A program made the position numbers and the translations under genes. A model generated the notes under the pieces. The model saw only the letters and a program-made list of their open reading frames with translations, ran no database searches and was not told where the DNA came from. A stretch of DNA of 64,000 nt from Labilithrix sp. GTDB taxonomy: Bacteria; Myxococcota_A; Polyangia; Polyangiales; Polyangiaceae. Location of the stretch: the NCBI GenBank assembly GCA_044227045.1, contig JBGAFW010000002.1:67457-131456 (forward strand), given 5' to 3'. Below, one piece after another: positions 18,416 to 28,126 of this stretch. Position 1 is the first letter of the stretch. Each line of letters opens with the position of its first letter.

Positions 18416-19867
18416 TCAGCGGTGGCTACGTGCCTTGAGCTTCTGAAAGTAACGTCGGCCGATGCCGGACGCGGCGGCCGCCTTCGCGACGTCGCCGCCG
18501 TGGCGTTGAAGGAGGCGCGCGACGAAGCGAGCCTCGAACTCCTCGAGGATGCGGTCGCGCGCTTGCGGGTACGGCACGTCCATGTCGACGAAGCGATCGA
18601 TCGCGTCGGGCAGCGGTGGAGGCTGCGAGGGTGAGCCGCCGAGGCCTGGCGGCGCGAACGGCGTGCTCGGCGTGCCCGACGGATAGCCCATGCTCATCGC
18701 CGGCGGGGGAACGCTCGCCGGCGCGGAGAACGAGGGCTGCAACGACGCCAGCTCGCCGAGCGCGAGCTGTCGCGCGATCGTGTTGCGAAGCTCGCGCACG
18801 TTGCCGGGCCACGCGAAGTCTTCCCATTTCTGGAGGAGCTCGCGCGGGATCGCGTTTGGGTCGCCGCCCATCTCGCGCCAGAAGTGCATCGCGAGCGCGG
18901 TGATGTCGCCCTTGCGTTGGCGGAGCGGCGGGAGCTCCACGCGCGCGACCGCGAGGCGGTGAAACAGGTCGTCACGGAAGCGACCGACCTGCACCTCGCG
19001 ATCGAGATCCCGTCGCGTCGCGGCGAGGACGCGCACGTCGACCCGCATCCACTTGTCGCCGCCGATGCGGCGTACCTCGAAGCGCTCGATCGCGCGAAGG
19101 AGCTTCGGCTGGAGCGAGAGATCGAGATCGCCGATCTCGTCGATCAGGAGCGTGCCGCCTTGCGCCTGCTCGAACACACCTCGGCGTGCCTGCATCGCGC
19201 CAGTGAAGGCGCCGCGCTCGTGCCCGAAGAGCTCCGCCTCGACGAGGCTCGGCGGCACCGCGGTGCAGTCGAACACGACGAACGGACCTTGCGCGCGCGG
19301 TCCCATCTCGTGGAGCGACTCGGCGAGCGCTTCCTTGCCGGTGCCCGTCTCGCCTTCGATGACGACCGGCACGGTGGTCTGCGCGAGGCGCTCGAGCAGC
19401 GGGTAGAGGCGGCGCATCTCACGGCTCGCGCCGACGACGCGACCGAACGACACGGCGGGAGAGAGCGGCGGCTCGGCCGCTTCGTAGGCGTCGTCGACGT
19501 CGACGCGAAACATCGTCGACCCGATCCGGAGAAACTCACCGCCTTGAAGATCGGCGAGCACCACCTTGACGCGATCGACCCAGGTCCCGTTCGTCGAGCC
19601 GAGATCGCTCACGCGGAGCGCGTCGCCGATCACCTCGAGGGCGACGTGGCGGCGTGAGACCTCGGGGTCGCTCAGCCGGATCTCGCACGCGGGGCTCGTC
19701 CCGACGAGCGCGCGGACGGCGAGGGAAGAGTCGAGTCGGTACGATCGCCCGCGCTCGGGCCCTTCGGTGACGACGAGCGTGAACGCGGTGGGTCCCCCAG
19801 ATCCAGCCTCTTCCGCGTCGCGTCGCTGGACGACGGTCGCGAGGAGATCGCGGTCGCTGTCCCTCAT
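18416..19867 (-). CDS. Sigma-54-dependent transcriptional activator with an N-terminal FHA domain (enhancer-binding protein)
   Basis: FHA (LVGTSPACEIRLSDPEVSRRHVAL). AAA+ sigma54 domain (VVIEGETGTGKEALAESLHEMGPR, ELFGHERGAFTGA, GAFT loop, GNVRELRN). C-terminal HTH. The start is an internal ATG (MRDSDRDL). Confidence 0.85.
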   Translation of the reverse strand: MRDSDRDLLATVVQRRDAEEAGSGGPTAFTLVVTEGPERGRSYRLDSSLAVRALVGTSPACEIRLSDPEVSRRHVALEVIGDALRVSDLGSTNGTWVDRVKVVLADLQGGEFLRIGSTMFRVDVDDAYEAAEPPLSPAVSFGRVVGASREMRRLYPLLERLAQTTVPVVIEGETGTGKEALAESLHEMGPRAQGPFVVFDCTAVPPSLVEAELFGHERGAFTGAMQARRGVFEQAQGGTLLIDEIGDLDLSLQPKLLRAIERFEVRRIGGDKWMRVDVRVLAATRRDLDREVQVGRFRDDLFHRLAVARVELPPLRQRKGDITALAMHFWREMGGDPNAIPRELLQKWEDFAWPGNVRELRNTIARQLALGELASLQPSFSAPASVPPPAMSMGYPSGTPSTPFAPPGLGGSPSQPPPLPDAIDRFVDMDVPYPQARDRILEEFEARFVARLLQRHGGDVAKAAAASGIGRRYFQKLKARSHR

Positions 19868-19919
19868 GCGTCCAGCATAGCCGGTTTCGTGCGTCTCGAT
19901 CGCCGCGAGTGGCGCCGTG

Positions 19920-21566
19920 TTAATCGAAGCGGCGAAATCCAGAGCTCGAGCTGGTCTGCGGCGCGGTTCGTTGCCCCTTGCTACCGTCGTTGCTGCGCGG
20001 TGGTCGAACGGCGGGACGACCGACGTGCACGACGACGGGCGTGAGGCCCACGAGCACCTTCTGATCGGCGTCGGGCACCACCTGCTGCGTCGCCGTGACG
20101 TAGCCTTGGCGGCGAAGCTCGAGGACGAACGGCTCCTGTCCGCGCAAGACGAGCAGATCGATGGGCGTTTCGCCGCGTTCCTGGTTGTTGACGAGCACGC
20201 GCGCGCCCGGCGGCTTCGTCTCGACGTGAACGAACACCTCGTCTGCGCCGGCGTCGGGGCGTGCGCCCGGGGTAGCGAGTGACGAGGGCGCGGGCAGCGC
20301 CGGCAGAGGACCATCCGCCGTCGCCTCCCTCGAAGACCGCGCTTGGCGTAGCGCCATCCCGACGCCGAAGACGATCACCGCGAGGACTCCGAGCGACGCG
20401 ATCGCCACGACGCGCCAGCGTCGCGCGTGGACGACGGCGAGACGTGGATCGGTCTGCACGATCGTCGCCGCCTCCGGCGCGACCGGGACGTCGACGTTCT
20501 CGTCGGTCTCACCCGCAGGCACGTGCGAGAGCCCTTCACCGGCGCTGACCTTACGAAGGAGGTCCTCCTTCTCGGTGATCCGATCCGGAAAGAGCCTTCG
20601 CATGCGCTCGGCGAGCGCCTCGACCGGTGAGGTGAGCTCGCGGGTCACCTCGAGCAGCTCGAGACGCATCTCGGCGGCGGTCGCATGGCGATCGTCGGGG
20701 CTCTTCGCGAGCGCCTTCATCACGATCGCTTCGAGCTTCGCGGGGTACTTCGCCGCCAGCTCGCGGGAGGAGATCGCGCGTGAAGGAGGGACGATCGGCT
20801 CGCGGCACACCGCCTCGATCGACTTCGCCGCGCTCGCGCGCTTGAAGAGGCGCCGTCCGGTCGACAGCTCGTAGAGCACGATCCCGAGCGAGAACAGATC
20901 GCTCCTTCGATCGAGCGGCTTGCCGAGGCCTTGCTCGGGCGACATGTACTCGAACTTGCCTTTGACCTCGCCGGGCTCGGTGCGCGCGTCGCGTCGATCC
21001 ACGAGGGCGACGCCGAAGTCGACGAGCTTCACGTGACCGTCGTAGGCGACGAGGAGGTTCTGCGGAGACACGTCGCGATGGACGAGGTTCTGCGGTTGCC
21101 CATCGTCATCGGTGAGCTCGTGCGCGGCGTGGAGGCCCGCGCATGCCTCGGCGATGATGTGCGCGGCGAGCCGTGGGTCGAGCGGATCGCCGGAGGCCGT
21201 GCTGCGCTTGAGAAGGCTCGAGGCGTTCTCTCCCGCGACGTACTCCATCACGAGGAACGCTTCCTTCGTGTTCGCCTCCGCGTCGACGTGCTCGCCGAGC
21301 TCCTGCACGTGGACGACGTTCGGATGGCGAAGCGACGCGACGATACGTGCCTCGTCGAGGAACATCTTCACGAACGAGGTGTTCGCGGCGTACGACCGGA
21401 GGATGCGCTTGATGACGACCGCGCGCTTGAAGTCCGCCGGCCCCGAGAGCCGAGCGAGGAGGATCTCCGCCATGCCGCCAGCGGCGAGCTGACCGAGCAC
21501 TTCGTAGCGTCCGATCCTCTTTGGCGCTGCCGTCGTCGCGGCTTCTGTCGTCGTGGGGCTCGTCAC
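19920..21566 (-). CDS. Membrane Ser/Thr protein kinase with an extracytoplasmic PEGA domain
   Basis: Hanks kinase motifs (GGMAEILLAR, VVIK, HRDVSPQNLLV, DFGVA, SPEQ). A TM segment (VVAIASLGVLAVIVFGVGMAL). C-terminal PEGA (VETKPPGARVLVNNQERGETP). Confidence 0.85.
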   Translation of the reverse strand: MTSPTTTEAATTAAPKRIGRYEVLGQLAAGGMAEILLARLSGPADFKRAVVIKRILRSYAANTSFVKMFLDEARIVASLRHPNVVHVQELGEHVDAEANTKEAFLVMEYVAGENASSLLKRSTASGDPLDPRLAAHIIAEACAGLHAAHELTDDDGQPQNLVHRDVSPQNLLVAYDGHVKLVDFGVALVDRRDARTEPGEVKGKFEYMSPEQGLGKPLDRRSDLFSLGIVLYELSTGRRLFKRASAAKSIEAVCREPIVPPSRAISSRELAAKYPAKLEAIVMKALAKSPDDRHATAAEMRLELLEVTRELTSPVEALAERMRRLFPDRITEKEDLLRKVSAGEGLSHVPAGETDENVDVPVAPEAATIVQTDPRLAVVHARRWRVVAIASLGVLAVIVFGVGMALRQARSSREATADGPLPALPAPSSLATPGARPDAGADEVFVHVETKPPGARVLVNNQERGETPIDLLVLRGQEPFVLELRRQGYVTATQQVVPDADQKVLVGLTPVVVHVGRPAVRPPRSNDGSKGQRTAPQTSSSSGFRRFD

Positions 21567-21593
21567 GAGAACGAGCCAGAGCCTAGCACCAAG

Positions 21594-22415
21594 TCACTCG
21601 CAGCCCGGCATACCCTGACCTTTGCCGATCGCGCACGGCAAGCAGATCTCGGTGATCCCGCATCCGCCGCGCATGACCTGCTTGGTGCCGCGGAGCATCG
21701 AGGCGAAGCAGACGTCGAGGCAAACGCCCGGGACGCCGAGGACGTCGCACTTGACCGGCGCGCCGTCGACCATCGCCGCCGGGGCGCACACCTTCTGGCT
21801 CGGGCATGCGTCGCGCTGCATGTTTTCGCGCTGATCTTCGGGGATCGCGTCGAGCTTCGAGCAGACGCCGGCGCCGTGGCAGCACGACTCGGCGCTCGAC
21901 CCGTCGACTCCGCCGACGCAGTCCTTCTCGTGCACGCCGGTCTCGTCGCAGACGTGCGTGTCGGTGCCGTCGAGCGGGTTGATGCAGGGCGCGCAGCGCT
22001 CGTTTTCGTCGCAGACGTCCTTCTGGAGCTCGTTCTCGTGCGCCTTGATGTCCTTCAGGAGGAGGCTGACGCATGCGCCCGGCTTCTGCTCCATGAAGAA
22101 GGTGCACGCCTTCAGCTTCGTGCCGTTCGCGCTGAGCACCTTGTCCGGGACGCAGACCTCATCGCCTTCGCACGCCGGGAGCTGGGAGGCCGCGATCGGG
22201 ACCTTGGCGTTGTTGTAGCAATGCCCTTTGCCGTCGCCGCATGCCTTGAGCGATCCGAGGTCAGCCTTCACGTGCGGTGACTCGCACGTGCGCGTCTCCT
22301 TCTTCGCGCGGACCGGGAGCGTGACGGTGGCGTACGTGGTCTCGCCGACCGAGCATGCCACGCCGAGCAAGGAGAGCGCTGCGGTGACGATCAAGAGCTT
22401 CGAGAGGGAGTGCAT
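21594..22415 (-). CDS. Cys-rich secreted protein, paralog A (unknown family, about 16 conserved Cys)
   Basis: Signal peptide (MHSLSKLLIVTAALSLLGVAC). Conserved blocks shared with paralog B: ACGDGKGHC, VCVPD, ANG, CAPCI, GVHEK.C, KC.P.AMV.G.PV.CD, GVC.D.CF..ML, GCG.TE.C.PC. Confidence 0.65.
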   Translation of the reverse strand: MHSLSKLLIVTAALSLLGVACSVGETTYATVTLPVRAKKETRTCESPHVKADLGSLKACGDGKGHCYNNAKVPIAASQLPACEGDEVCVPDKVLSANGTKLKACTFFMEQKPGACVSLLLKDIKAHENELQKDVCDENERCAPCINPLDGTDTHVCDETGVHEKDCVGGVDGSSAESCCHGAGVCSKLDAIPEDQRENMQRDACPSQKVCAPAAMVDGAPVKCDVLGVPGVCLDVCFASMLRGTKQVMRGGCGITEICLPCAIGKGQGMPGCE

Positions 22416-22449
22416 GGTCGTTCTCGCGAGGAGTTCTCGTGAAGGGCGC

Positions 22450-23406
22450 TCAGGGGGTCGCGGCGCAGCCGGGGACGCCCTGATCGGCGACGAGCTTGCA
22501 CGGGATGCAGAGCTCCGTCTCACCGCAGCCTTCGCCGTCGAGGATGCCGATGCCACCCGCGATGCTCAGCATCTTGTTGAAGCATTTGTCCATGCACACG
22601 CCCGCGCCGAGAATGCCCGCGTCGCACGTGACGGGCTTGCCTTCGACCATCGCCTTCGGGACGCACTTGTTCGCGTCCGCGCACGTGTCTTGAACGGCCT
22701 TGTCGCGCTGCGCCTCGGGGACGCCGCTCTCGCTGATGCAGATGCCGTTGCTCTTTCCCTTCGTCGTGCAGCACCCGGGCGCGGCGGTGGCTGCGCCGGT
22801 CGATCCGCCGGCAGGGGCCGCGGCGCACGGCTTCTCGTGGACGCCGATCGGCTGGCAGAACGGCGTCGGCGCGTTGTTGTTCGTCGGATCGATGCAGGGT
22901 GCACAGACTTGTCCGGCGGAGCAGGTGTCTTGCTTGAGGGCGCCGGCCGCGCGCTTCTCGCCTGCGGGCAGGAGGCTCATCGTGACGCATGCGCCCGGTC
23001 CGATGATCGACTTGCAGCTCGTCAGCGGGCTCCCGTTGGCGGCGAGGATCTCGTCGGGGACGCACACCTCGTTGGCGTTCGCGCACGCGACGAGCTGATC
23101 GGCCATCGGCGTCTTCGTCTTGTCGAAGCAGTGACCTTTGCCGTTGCCACACGCCGTGAGCTTGCTCACGTCCGCTTTGACGAAGTCGTTCGTTCCGCAC
23201 GTCGCGCCCGCGCCGCCCGAGGGCGAGGCGGAGGAAGACGAGGGCGACACGCCCGCGGCTCCGGCGTCGGCTGCCGTCTGCTCGCCTTCCTGGGTCGTGA
23301 TGTACGTGGGGCTCGCGAGCGTGCAGGCCTGGGTTCCGATCAGGGCGAACAGAGCGCCACCGAACGCGAGAGTCGCCATCACCCGAGCACTGCTTGTCGT
23401 CGACAT
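22450..23406 (-). CDS. Cys-rich secreted protein, paralog B (tandem duplicate of A)
   Basis: AGAGGA RBS, then ATG. Signal peptide MSTTSSARVMATLAFGGALFALIGTQAC. Colinear with paralog A (same Cys framework). Confidence 0.65.
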   Translation of the reverse strand: MSTTSSARVMATLAFGGALFALIGTQACTLASPTYITTQEGEQTAADAGAAGVSPSSSSASPSGGAGATCGTNDFVKADVSKLTACGNGKGHCFDKTKTPMADQLVACANANEVCVPDEILAANGSPLTSCKSIIGPGACVTMSLLPAGEKRAAGALKQDTCSAGQVCAPCIDPTNNNAPTPFCQPIGVHEKPCAAAPAGGSTGAATAAPGCCTTKGKSNGICISESGVPEAQRDKAVQDTCADANKCVPKAMVEGKPVTCDAGILGAGVCMDKCFNKMLSIAGGIGILDGEGCGETELCIPCKLVADQGVPGCAATP

Positions 23407-23662
23407 TTCGATCCTCTTTGTCTTTCGAGTGGCTGATCGACCTGACCAACCGTTCCGAGCGATGGAGGTAAGTGCGAGCTTCGTACCGCTCCCGACACGG
23501 CGCCCGCACGGGTCCTTGTTTGAGTAAATTGTCTCGTTAAAACGATGGCTTACGCTCTTTTGGGGACACGTCGAGCGACCATGAGAAGGCCACGCGCGCA
23601 AAGGACGTCCTGATCGCGTTGATCGGCACAGAGAGATCCGACCTGCTAGAACGAGCGTCTCG

Positions 23663-24511
23663 ATGGCTCGCCTCCATCGCGTCTTTTCGCAGCTTGGATG
23701 GCTGCTCGTGGTCGCGCTGACGCTTCACCCAACGTCAGCGTTTGCGGCTCCGACTGCGCCTGCGCCGCGATCTGGATCGACGATGGACCGGGACCACGCG
23801 CCGGCGCCCGCGCCGGCGTCGACGAGCGATCCGAGCCGTGATCGCGCCCTCGACTTGTTCGAGCAGAGCATGCGATCGTACCGCGAGGGACGTTTCCAAG
23901 AGGCCGTCGACAAGCTGATCGAAGCAAGGAAGCTGAAGAGCGAGCCAGTCCTCCTCTACAACCTCGCGCGAGCGTACGAGGCGCTCGGGCAGTCGAAGGA
24001 GGCGGCCGACGCGTACGCGCAGTATCTGAACGAAGAGCCCAACGCGCCCGATCGCAAGGCGATCGAAGGCCGGATCACGACGCTTCGCGCGCAAGCCGCG
24101 CAAGCCGCCGAGCTCGCCGCTCGCCAGTCGTCGCCACCCAGCGGCGAGGACGGATCGAAGGAGAAGGACACCAAAGACAAGGACGTCGTGGCGGAGCCGC
24201 GCGAGTCGACGACGTCGGTGGTGCCGTGGGTCGTCGTCGGCGCAGGCGCGCTCACGATCGGCGCGGGCTTCGTCATCTACGGCTTGGCGCAAGGCAAGCA
24301 CGACGACGCCACGCAGGATCCCGTGCAGCTCTCGGCGGCGGGAAAACAAGACTCCGCCGAGGGCCTCGCGACCGCCGCGACGGCGACGATCTTGGCAGGC
24401 GCCGTCGTGACCGTCATCGGCGCTGCGTGGGTCGTCGTCCGGATGACGTCGTCGTCTTCCTCCACGAGGGCGTCGGCGCGCTTCGACCCTCCCTTGCGCT
24501 GGACGTTCTGA
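23663..24511 (+). CDS. Secreted/membrane TPR-repeat protein (paralog of the 34675 and 44343 proteins)
   Basis: Signal peptide. A TPR-like block (LLYNLARAYEALGQSKEAADAYAQYL). A TM segment near the C-terminus (VVPWVVVGAGALTIGAGFVIYGL). Confidence 0.6.
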   Translation: MARLHRVFSQLGWLLVVALTLHPTSAFAAPTAPAPRSGSTMDRDHAPAPAPASTSDPSRDRALDLFEQSMRSYREGRFQEAVDKLIEARKLKSEPVLLYNLARAYEALGQSKEAADAYAQYLNEEPNAPDRKAIEGRITTLRAQAAQAAELAARQSSPPSGEDGSKEKDTKDKDVVAEPRESTTSVVPWVVVGAGALTIGAGFVIYGLAQGKHDDATQDPVQLSAAGKQDSAEGLATAATATILAGAVVTVIGAAWVVVRMTSSSSSTRASARFDPPLRWTF

Positions 24512-24513
24512 CG

Positions 24514-25701
24514 ATGCGCGCCTCGACGTTCCTCCGCCCTGCGCGATCGCTTGCTTTGGCGATCGCGGCGGCGATCGTGCTCGTGCGTGGCGTGGCGTGC
24601 ACCGTCGACGATCTCTCGCTCGAGGGAAAACAGTGCCCGTGCACGACGGGGTACACCTGCGATCTCGCGACCAACACGTGCGTGGTCGGGCTCGACGCGA
24701 ACGCGCTGCCGACGAAGGACGGCGATACCACGACCGACGCGCCGGTGGGCGGGTTCGTCGTCCAGCGCTTCGTCGCGACGTGGCGCACCTCGAAGAGCAT
24801 CCGCTGGGACTTCGACGTCTCCGGCGACGCGAGCGAGTTCGCCGAATACCAGCTCATCGTCGGCGCGACCGAAGACGCCGTCCGGCGACAAGACTCGTCG
24901 ACCGGGCTCTTCGACCGCCGCATCAACCCCGAGCTCGGCAGCTTCGGCGGGCGGGACCCGGTCGCGCCCGGCGCGGTCGCTCGCGCCTGGACGGTCACCG
25001 ACAAGCATCCCGTCGGCAAGACGGTGTTCGCGCGGCTCATCGTGCGCGACAAGCAAGGCCGCGAGAACGCGAGCAACGTCATCTCCGCCGACACGCGGCT
25101 CGAGAGCCGTGCGCTCGTGCTCTTCGGCGATCAGCTCCTCGACGGATCGGCTCCGACGCCGGTGGATCTGAAGCGCGTCGCGAACGACTGCTTCAACGCG
25201 AGCGCGGGCTGCCTCCAGATCGGGAAGGTGACCTGTCCGGCCGTCGACGCAGGGCCCGACGCGGCCGCGGACGCCGCGACGTCGTGCGGCTTCGAGATCG
25301 GTCTTCAGAGCTTCGAGAAAGACGTCACCGCCAACACGCTCACGCAGGCGGACTTCGAGGGCGCGTTCGTCGAGATCGGCGTCCGCGGTGGACCTGCCGC
25401 CTCACCCAAGCCGCAGTCGGATTTGATCTTGTCGATCGGCGCGCCGGCCTGCCGGATCGGCGGCCAGAAGTGTCGCTTCCGCTGGTCGAACGGCTGGTCG
25501 TTTCGCCCCGGCCCGAAGGAGTTCCGGCTCGTTCAGGTGCCGCTCGGCTCGCTCTTGCTCGACACCCCGGGCGGACCTGGTCAGCCGCTCAAATACGAGG
25601 ACTTCGCGGCGAACGCGCTCCGCGTCGAGGCGATCACGATCGACGGGACCTGGGCGGTCGGCGCCAACATCGGCCTCGACCAGGCCACCATTCGCTGGTG
25701 A
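24514..25701 (+). CDS. Hypothetical secreted lipoprotein
   Basis: ATG 3 nt after the upstream stop. MRASTFLRPARSLALAIAAAIVLVRGVAC, then a Cys-rich N-terminus. The longer track ORF 24226 has an Arg-rich, non-coding-looking extension. Confidence 0.5.
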   Translation: MRASTFLRPARSLALAIAAAIVLVRGVACTVDDLSLEGKQCPCTTGYTCDLATNTCVVGLDANALPTKDGDTTTDAPVGGFVVQRFVATWRTSKSIRWDFDVSGDASEFAEYQLIVGATEDAVRRQDSSTGLFDRRINPELGSFGGRDPVAPGAVARAWTVTDKHPVGKTVFARLIVRDKQGRENASNVISADTRLESRALVLFGDQLLDGSAPTPVDLKRVANDCFNASAGCLQIGKVTCPAVDAGPDAAADAATSCGFEIGLQSFEKDVTANTLTQADFEGAFVEIGVRGGPAASPKPQSDLILSIGAPACRIGGQKCRFRWSNGWSFRPGPKEFRLVQVPLGSLLLDTPGGPGQPLKYEDFAANALRVEAITIDGTWAVGANIGLDQATIRW

Positions 25702-25770
25702 AAACCGCCGCCCGGCTCCCGTTTGCTGCCGCGGTTGTGCTCTTCGGGGCGCCGTGGCAAAAGAATCACC

Positions 25771-27087
25771 ATGTGCACGTGCCATAGCGAGCTGTACACC
25801 AAACGTCGTCGCGCGTTCCTCGAAGCCATTCACGCCAAGGGCGATGACGGCGTCGCGGTCTTCGCGTCTGCCCCGGTCTTCACGCGCAACAACGACGTCG
25901 AGCACGAGTACAGGCAAGACTCCGATCTCTTCTACCTGACGGGCTTCGCCGAGCCGGGCACCGTGCTCGTGCTCGACGCGAAGGACAAGAAGTCGACGAT
26001 GTTCGTCCGCCCGCGCGATCCGGAGCGCGAGACGTGGGACGGACCGCGCGCAGGCGTGGACGGGGTGAAGGAGCATTTCGGCGCAGACGAGGCGTTCACG
26101 ATCGACAAGGTCGCCGAGGAGCTGCCGAAGCTCTTCCAGAACAAGAAGCGTCTCTATTACCGCCTCGGCCTGAACCGCCAGATGGACGACAAGATCCTCG
26201 AAGGGATCGATCGCGCGCGCGCCCGCGCGAAGCTCGGCTACTCGTGGCCGGTCGAGATCGTCGACCCCGGCACCATCCTCCACGAGATGCGCCTGTTCAA
26301 GAACAACGAAGACCTGAGCACGATGCGCAAGGCCGCCGACATCACCGCCGAGGCCCACCTCCGCGCGATGAAGGCCGCGAAGCCCGGCATGCACGAGTTC
26401 CAGGTCGAGGCGATGCTCCTCGAGACGTTCCGCATGCACGGCTCGGAGCGCCCCGCGTACGGGAGCATCGTCGGCTCCGGCAACAACGCGACGATCCTCC
26501 ACTACCGCCTCAACAACCGAAAAATGGAGGACGGCGACCTCCTCCTCATCGATGCGGGCTGCGAGTACGACTACTACGCGAGCGACGTGACGCGCACCTT
26601 CCCGATCAACGGGAAGTTCTCGAAGGAGCAGCAGGCGATCTACGAGCTCGTCCTCGACGCGCAAGAGGCAGGCATCGACAAGACGCGCAAGGGCAGCTCG
26701 CTCGAGCAGATCCATGCGACGTGCGTCGACGTCATCACGCGCGGCCTCGTGAAGCTCGGGTTGCTCACCGGTGACGTCGAGCAGCTGATCAAGGACGAGG
26801 CCTACAAGCCGTTCTTCATGCACAAGACGAGTCACTGGCTCGGCATGGACGTCCACGACGTCGGCAACTACTACGTCGGCGGCAAGGCCCGCGCGCTCGA
26901 GCCCGGCATGGTGCTCACGGTGGAGCCCGGCATCTACATCTCGAAGGACTACGACAAGGTCGCGCCCGAGTGGCGTGGCATCGGCGTCCGCATCGAAGAC
27001 GACATCCTCGTCACCGAGGGCGATCCGGACAACCTCACGCGATCGATCCCGAAGAAGGTCAGCGAGCTCACGAGCGCGATGGCCTGA
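25771..27087 (+). CDS. pepP: Xaa-Pro aminopeptidase (M24B)
   Basis: Pita-bread fold motifs (DAGCEYDYYASDVTRTFPING, HGTSHWLGMDVHDVG, EPGIYI, GIRIEDD). Confidence 0.85.
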   Translation: MCTCHSELYTKRRRAFLEAIHAKGDDGVAVFASAPVFTRNNDVEHEYRQDSDLFYLTGFAEPGTVLVLDAKDKKSTMFVRPRDPERETWDGPRAGVDGVKEHFGADEAFTIDKVAEELPKLFQNKKRLYYRLGLNRQMDDKILEGIDRARARAKLGYSWPVEIVDPGTILHEMRLFKNNEDLSTMRKAADITAEAHLRAMKAAKPGMHEFQVEAMLLETFRMHGSERPAYGSIVGSGNNATILHYRLNNRKMEDGDLLLIDAGCEYDYYASDVTRTFPINGKFSKEQQAIYELVLDAQEAGIDKTRKGSSLEQIHATCVDVITRGLVKLGLLTGDVEQLIKDEAYKPFFMHKTSHWLGMDVHDVGNYYVGGKARALEPGMVLTVEPGIYISKDYDKVAPEWRGIGVRIEDDILVTEGDPDNLTRSIPKKVSELTSAMA

Positions 27088-27139
27088 TCGCCGCGGCAGC
27101 AAAGTGGCTCGGCGCCTCCATTGGCGCTAGCGTGGACGT

Positions 27140-28126
27140 GTGGCGCAGACTCTCTCCGAGCTGAAGAGCGCGTTCATGACGCACCTCGAGTCGGAGAAGC
27201 ACGCGTCACCGAACACGGTGCTCGCGTACGGCCGCGACCTCGACGCGATGCTCTCGTTCCTCGAGGAGCGCACGAAGGACCGCCCGGGGCCGCGCCGCGG
27301 CCGATCGCAGCTCGACGTGTACGTGCTCCGCGGGTGGCTCGGCGATCTCGCGCGCACCTGCAAGCCCACGAGCGTCGCGCGGAAGATCGCGAGCGTGCGC
27401 GCCTTCTGCCGATGGATGAAGCAGAAGGGGCACGCCGAGACGAACCCCGCCGCCGAGCTCGCGCTGCCGAAATCGCGACGCGAGCTGCCGATGTTCTTGT
27501 CGGCCGAGGACGCCGCGCTCGTCATCGAGGCGCCCGACGCCGACAACACAGGCGCGCTCCGCGCCGAAGAGGCCGTCGCGCTTCGTGATCGCGCGCTGCT
27601 CGAGCTGCTCTATGCCGGCGGTCTTCGTGTCTCGGAGGCCTGCGGTCTCGACCTCGGCAGCCTGTCGCTCTCGGAGCGGACGGTCCGCGTGATGGGCAAG
27701 GGACGCAAGGAGCGCATCGTCCCGATCGGATCGAAGTGCGAAGAGGCGCTGAAGGCCTACCTCGCCGTGCGCGCCGACCTCACGCATGCGCGCACGCTCT
27801 TCCTCGACAAGCACGCCGTCTTCGTGTCGACGCGTGGCCGCCGGCTCGGGCCGCGCGCCGCGCAGCTCATCGTTCGCCGCTACGGCCTCCTCGGCGCAGG
27901 CCGCGCCGACCTGCATCCGCATGCGCTTCGCCACACGTGCGCGACGCATCTCCTCGACGGCGGCGCCGACCTCCGCGCGATCCAGGAGATGCTCGGCCAC
28001 TCCTCGCTCTCGACGACCCAGCGCTACACCCACGTCTCGGTCGCGCACCTGCTCTCGGTCTACGACGCCGCCCACCCGCTCGCGCGCACGCGCGGAAAAC
28101 AAGAAGAGAAAAACAAGAAGCGCTAG
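27140..28126 (+). CDS. xerC: Tyrosine site-specific recombinase, XerC/XerD family
   Basis: N-terminal SAM-like domain. Catalytic R...HxxR...Y (HPHALRHTCATHLL, LGHSSLSTTQRYTHV). The genomic context is housekeeping, not phage. Confidence 0.8.
   Translation: MAQTLSELKSAFMTHLESEKHASPNTVLAYGRDLDAMLSFLEERTKDRPGPRRGRSQLDVYVLRGWLGDLARTCKPTSVARKIASVRAFCRWMKQKGHAETNPAAELALPKSRRELPMFLSAEDAALVIEAPDADNTGALRAEEAVALRDRALLELLYAGGLRVSEACGLDLGSLSLSERTVRVMGKGRKERIVPIGSKCEEALKAYLAVRADLTHARTLFLDKHAVFVSTRGRRLGPRAAQLIVRRYGLLGAGRADLHPHALRHTCATHLLDGGADLRAIQEMLGHSSLSTTQRYTHVSVAHLLSVYDAAHPLARTRGKQEEKNKKR

Noticed and set aside
23540-23662. A TGGCTT-ACGCT-CTTTTG stretch considered as a sigma54 -24/-12 promoter upstream of 23663.
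   Set aside because: The -12 GC element is absent (TTTTGG rather than TTGC). It does not meet the consensus.
27140-28126. The tyrosine recombinase as an integrase marking a prophage or genomic island.
   Set aside because: The flanks are pepP and a DUF2062 gene. No tRNA, phage genes or direct repeats were found, and the N-terminal SAM-like and catalytic motifs fit chromosomal XerC/XerD.
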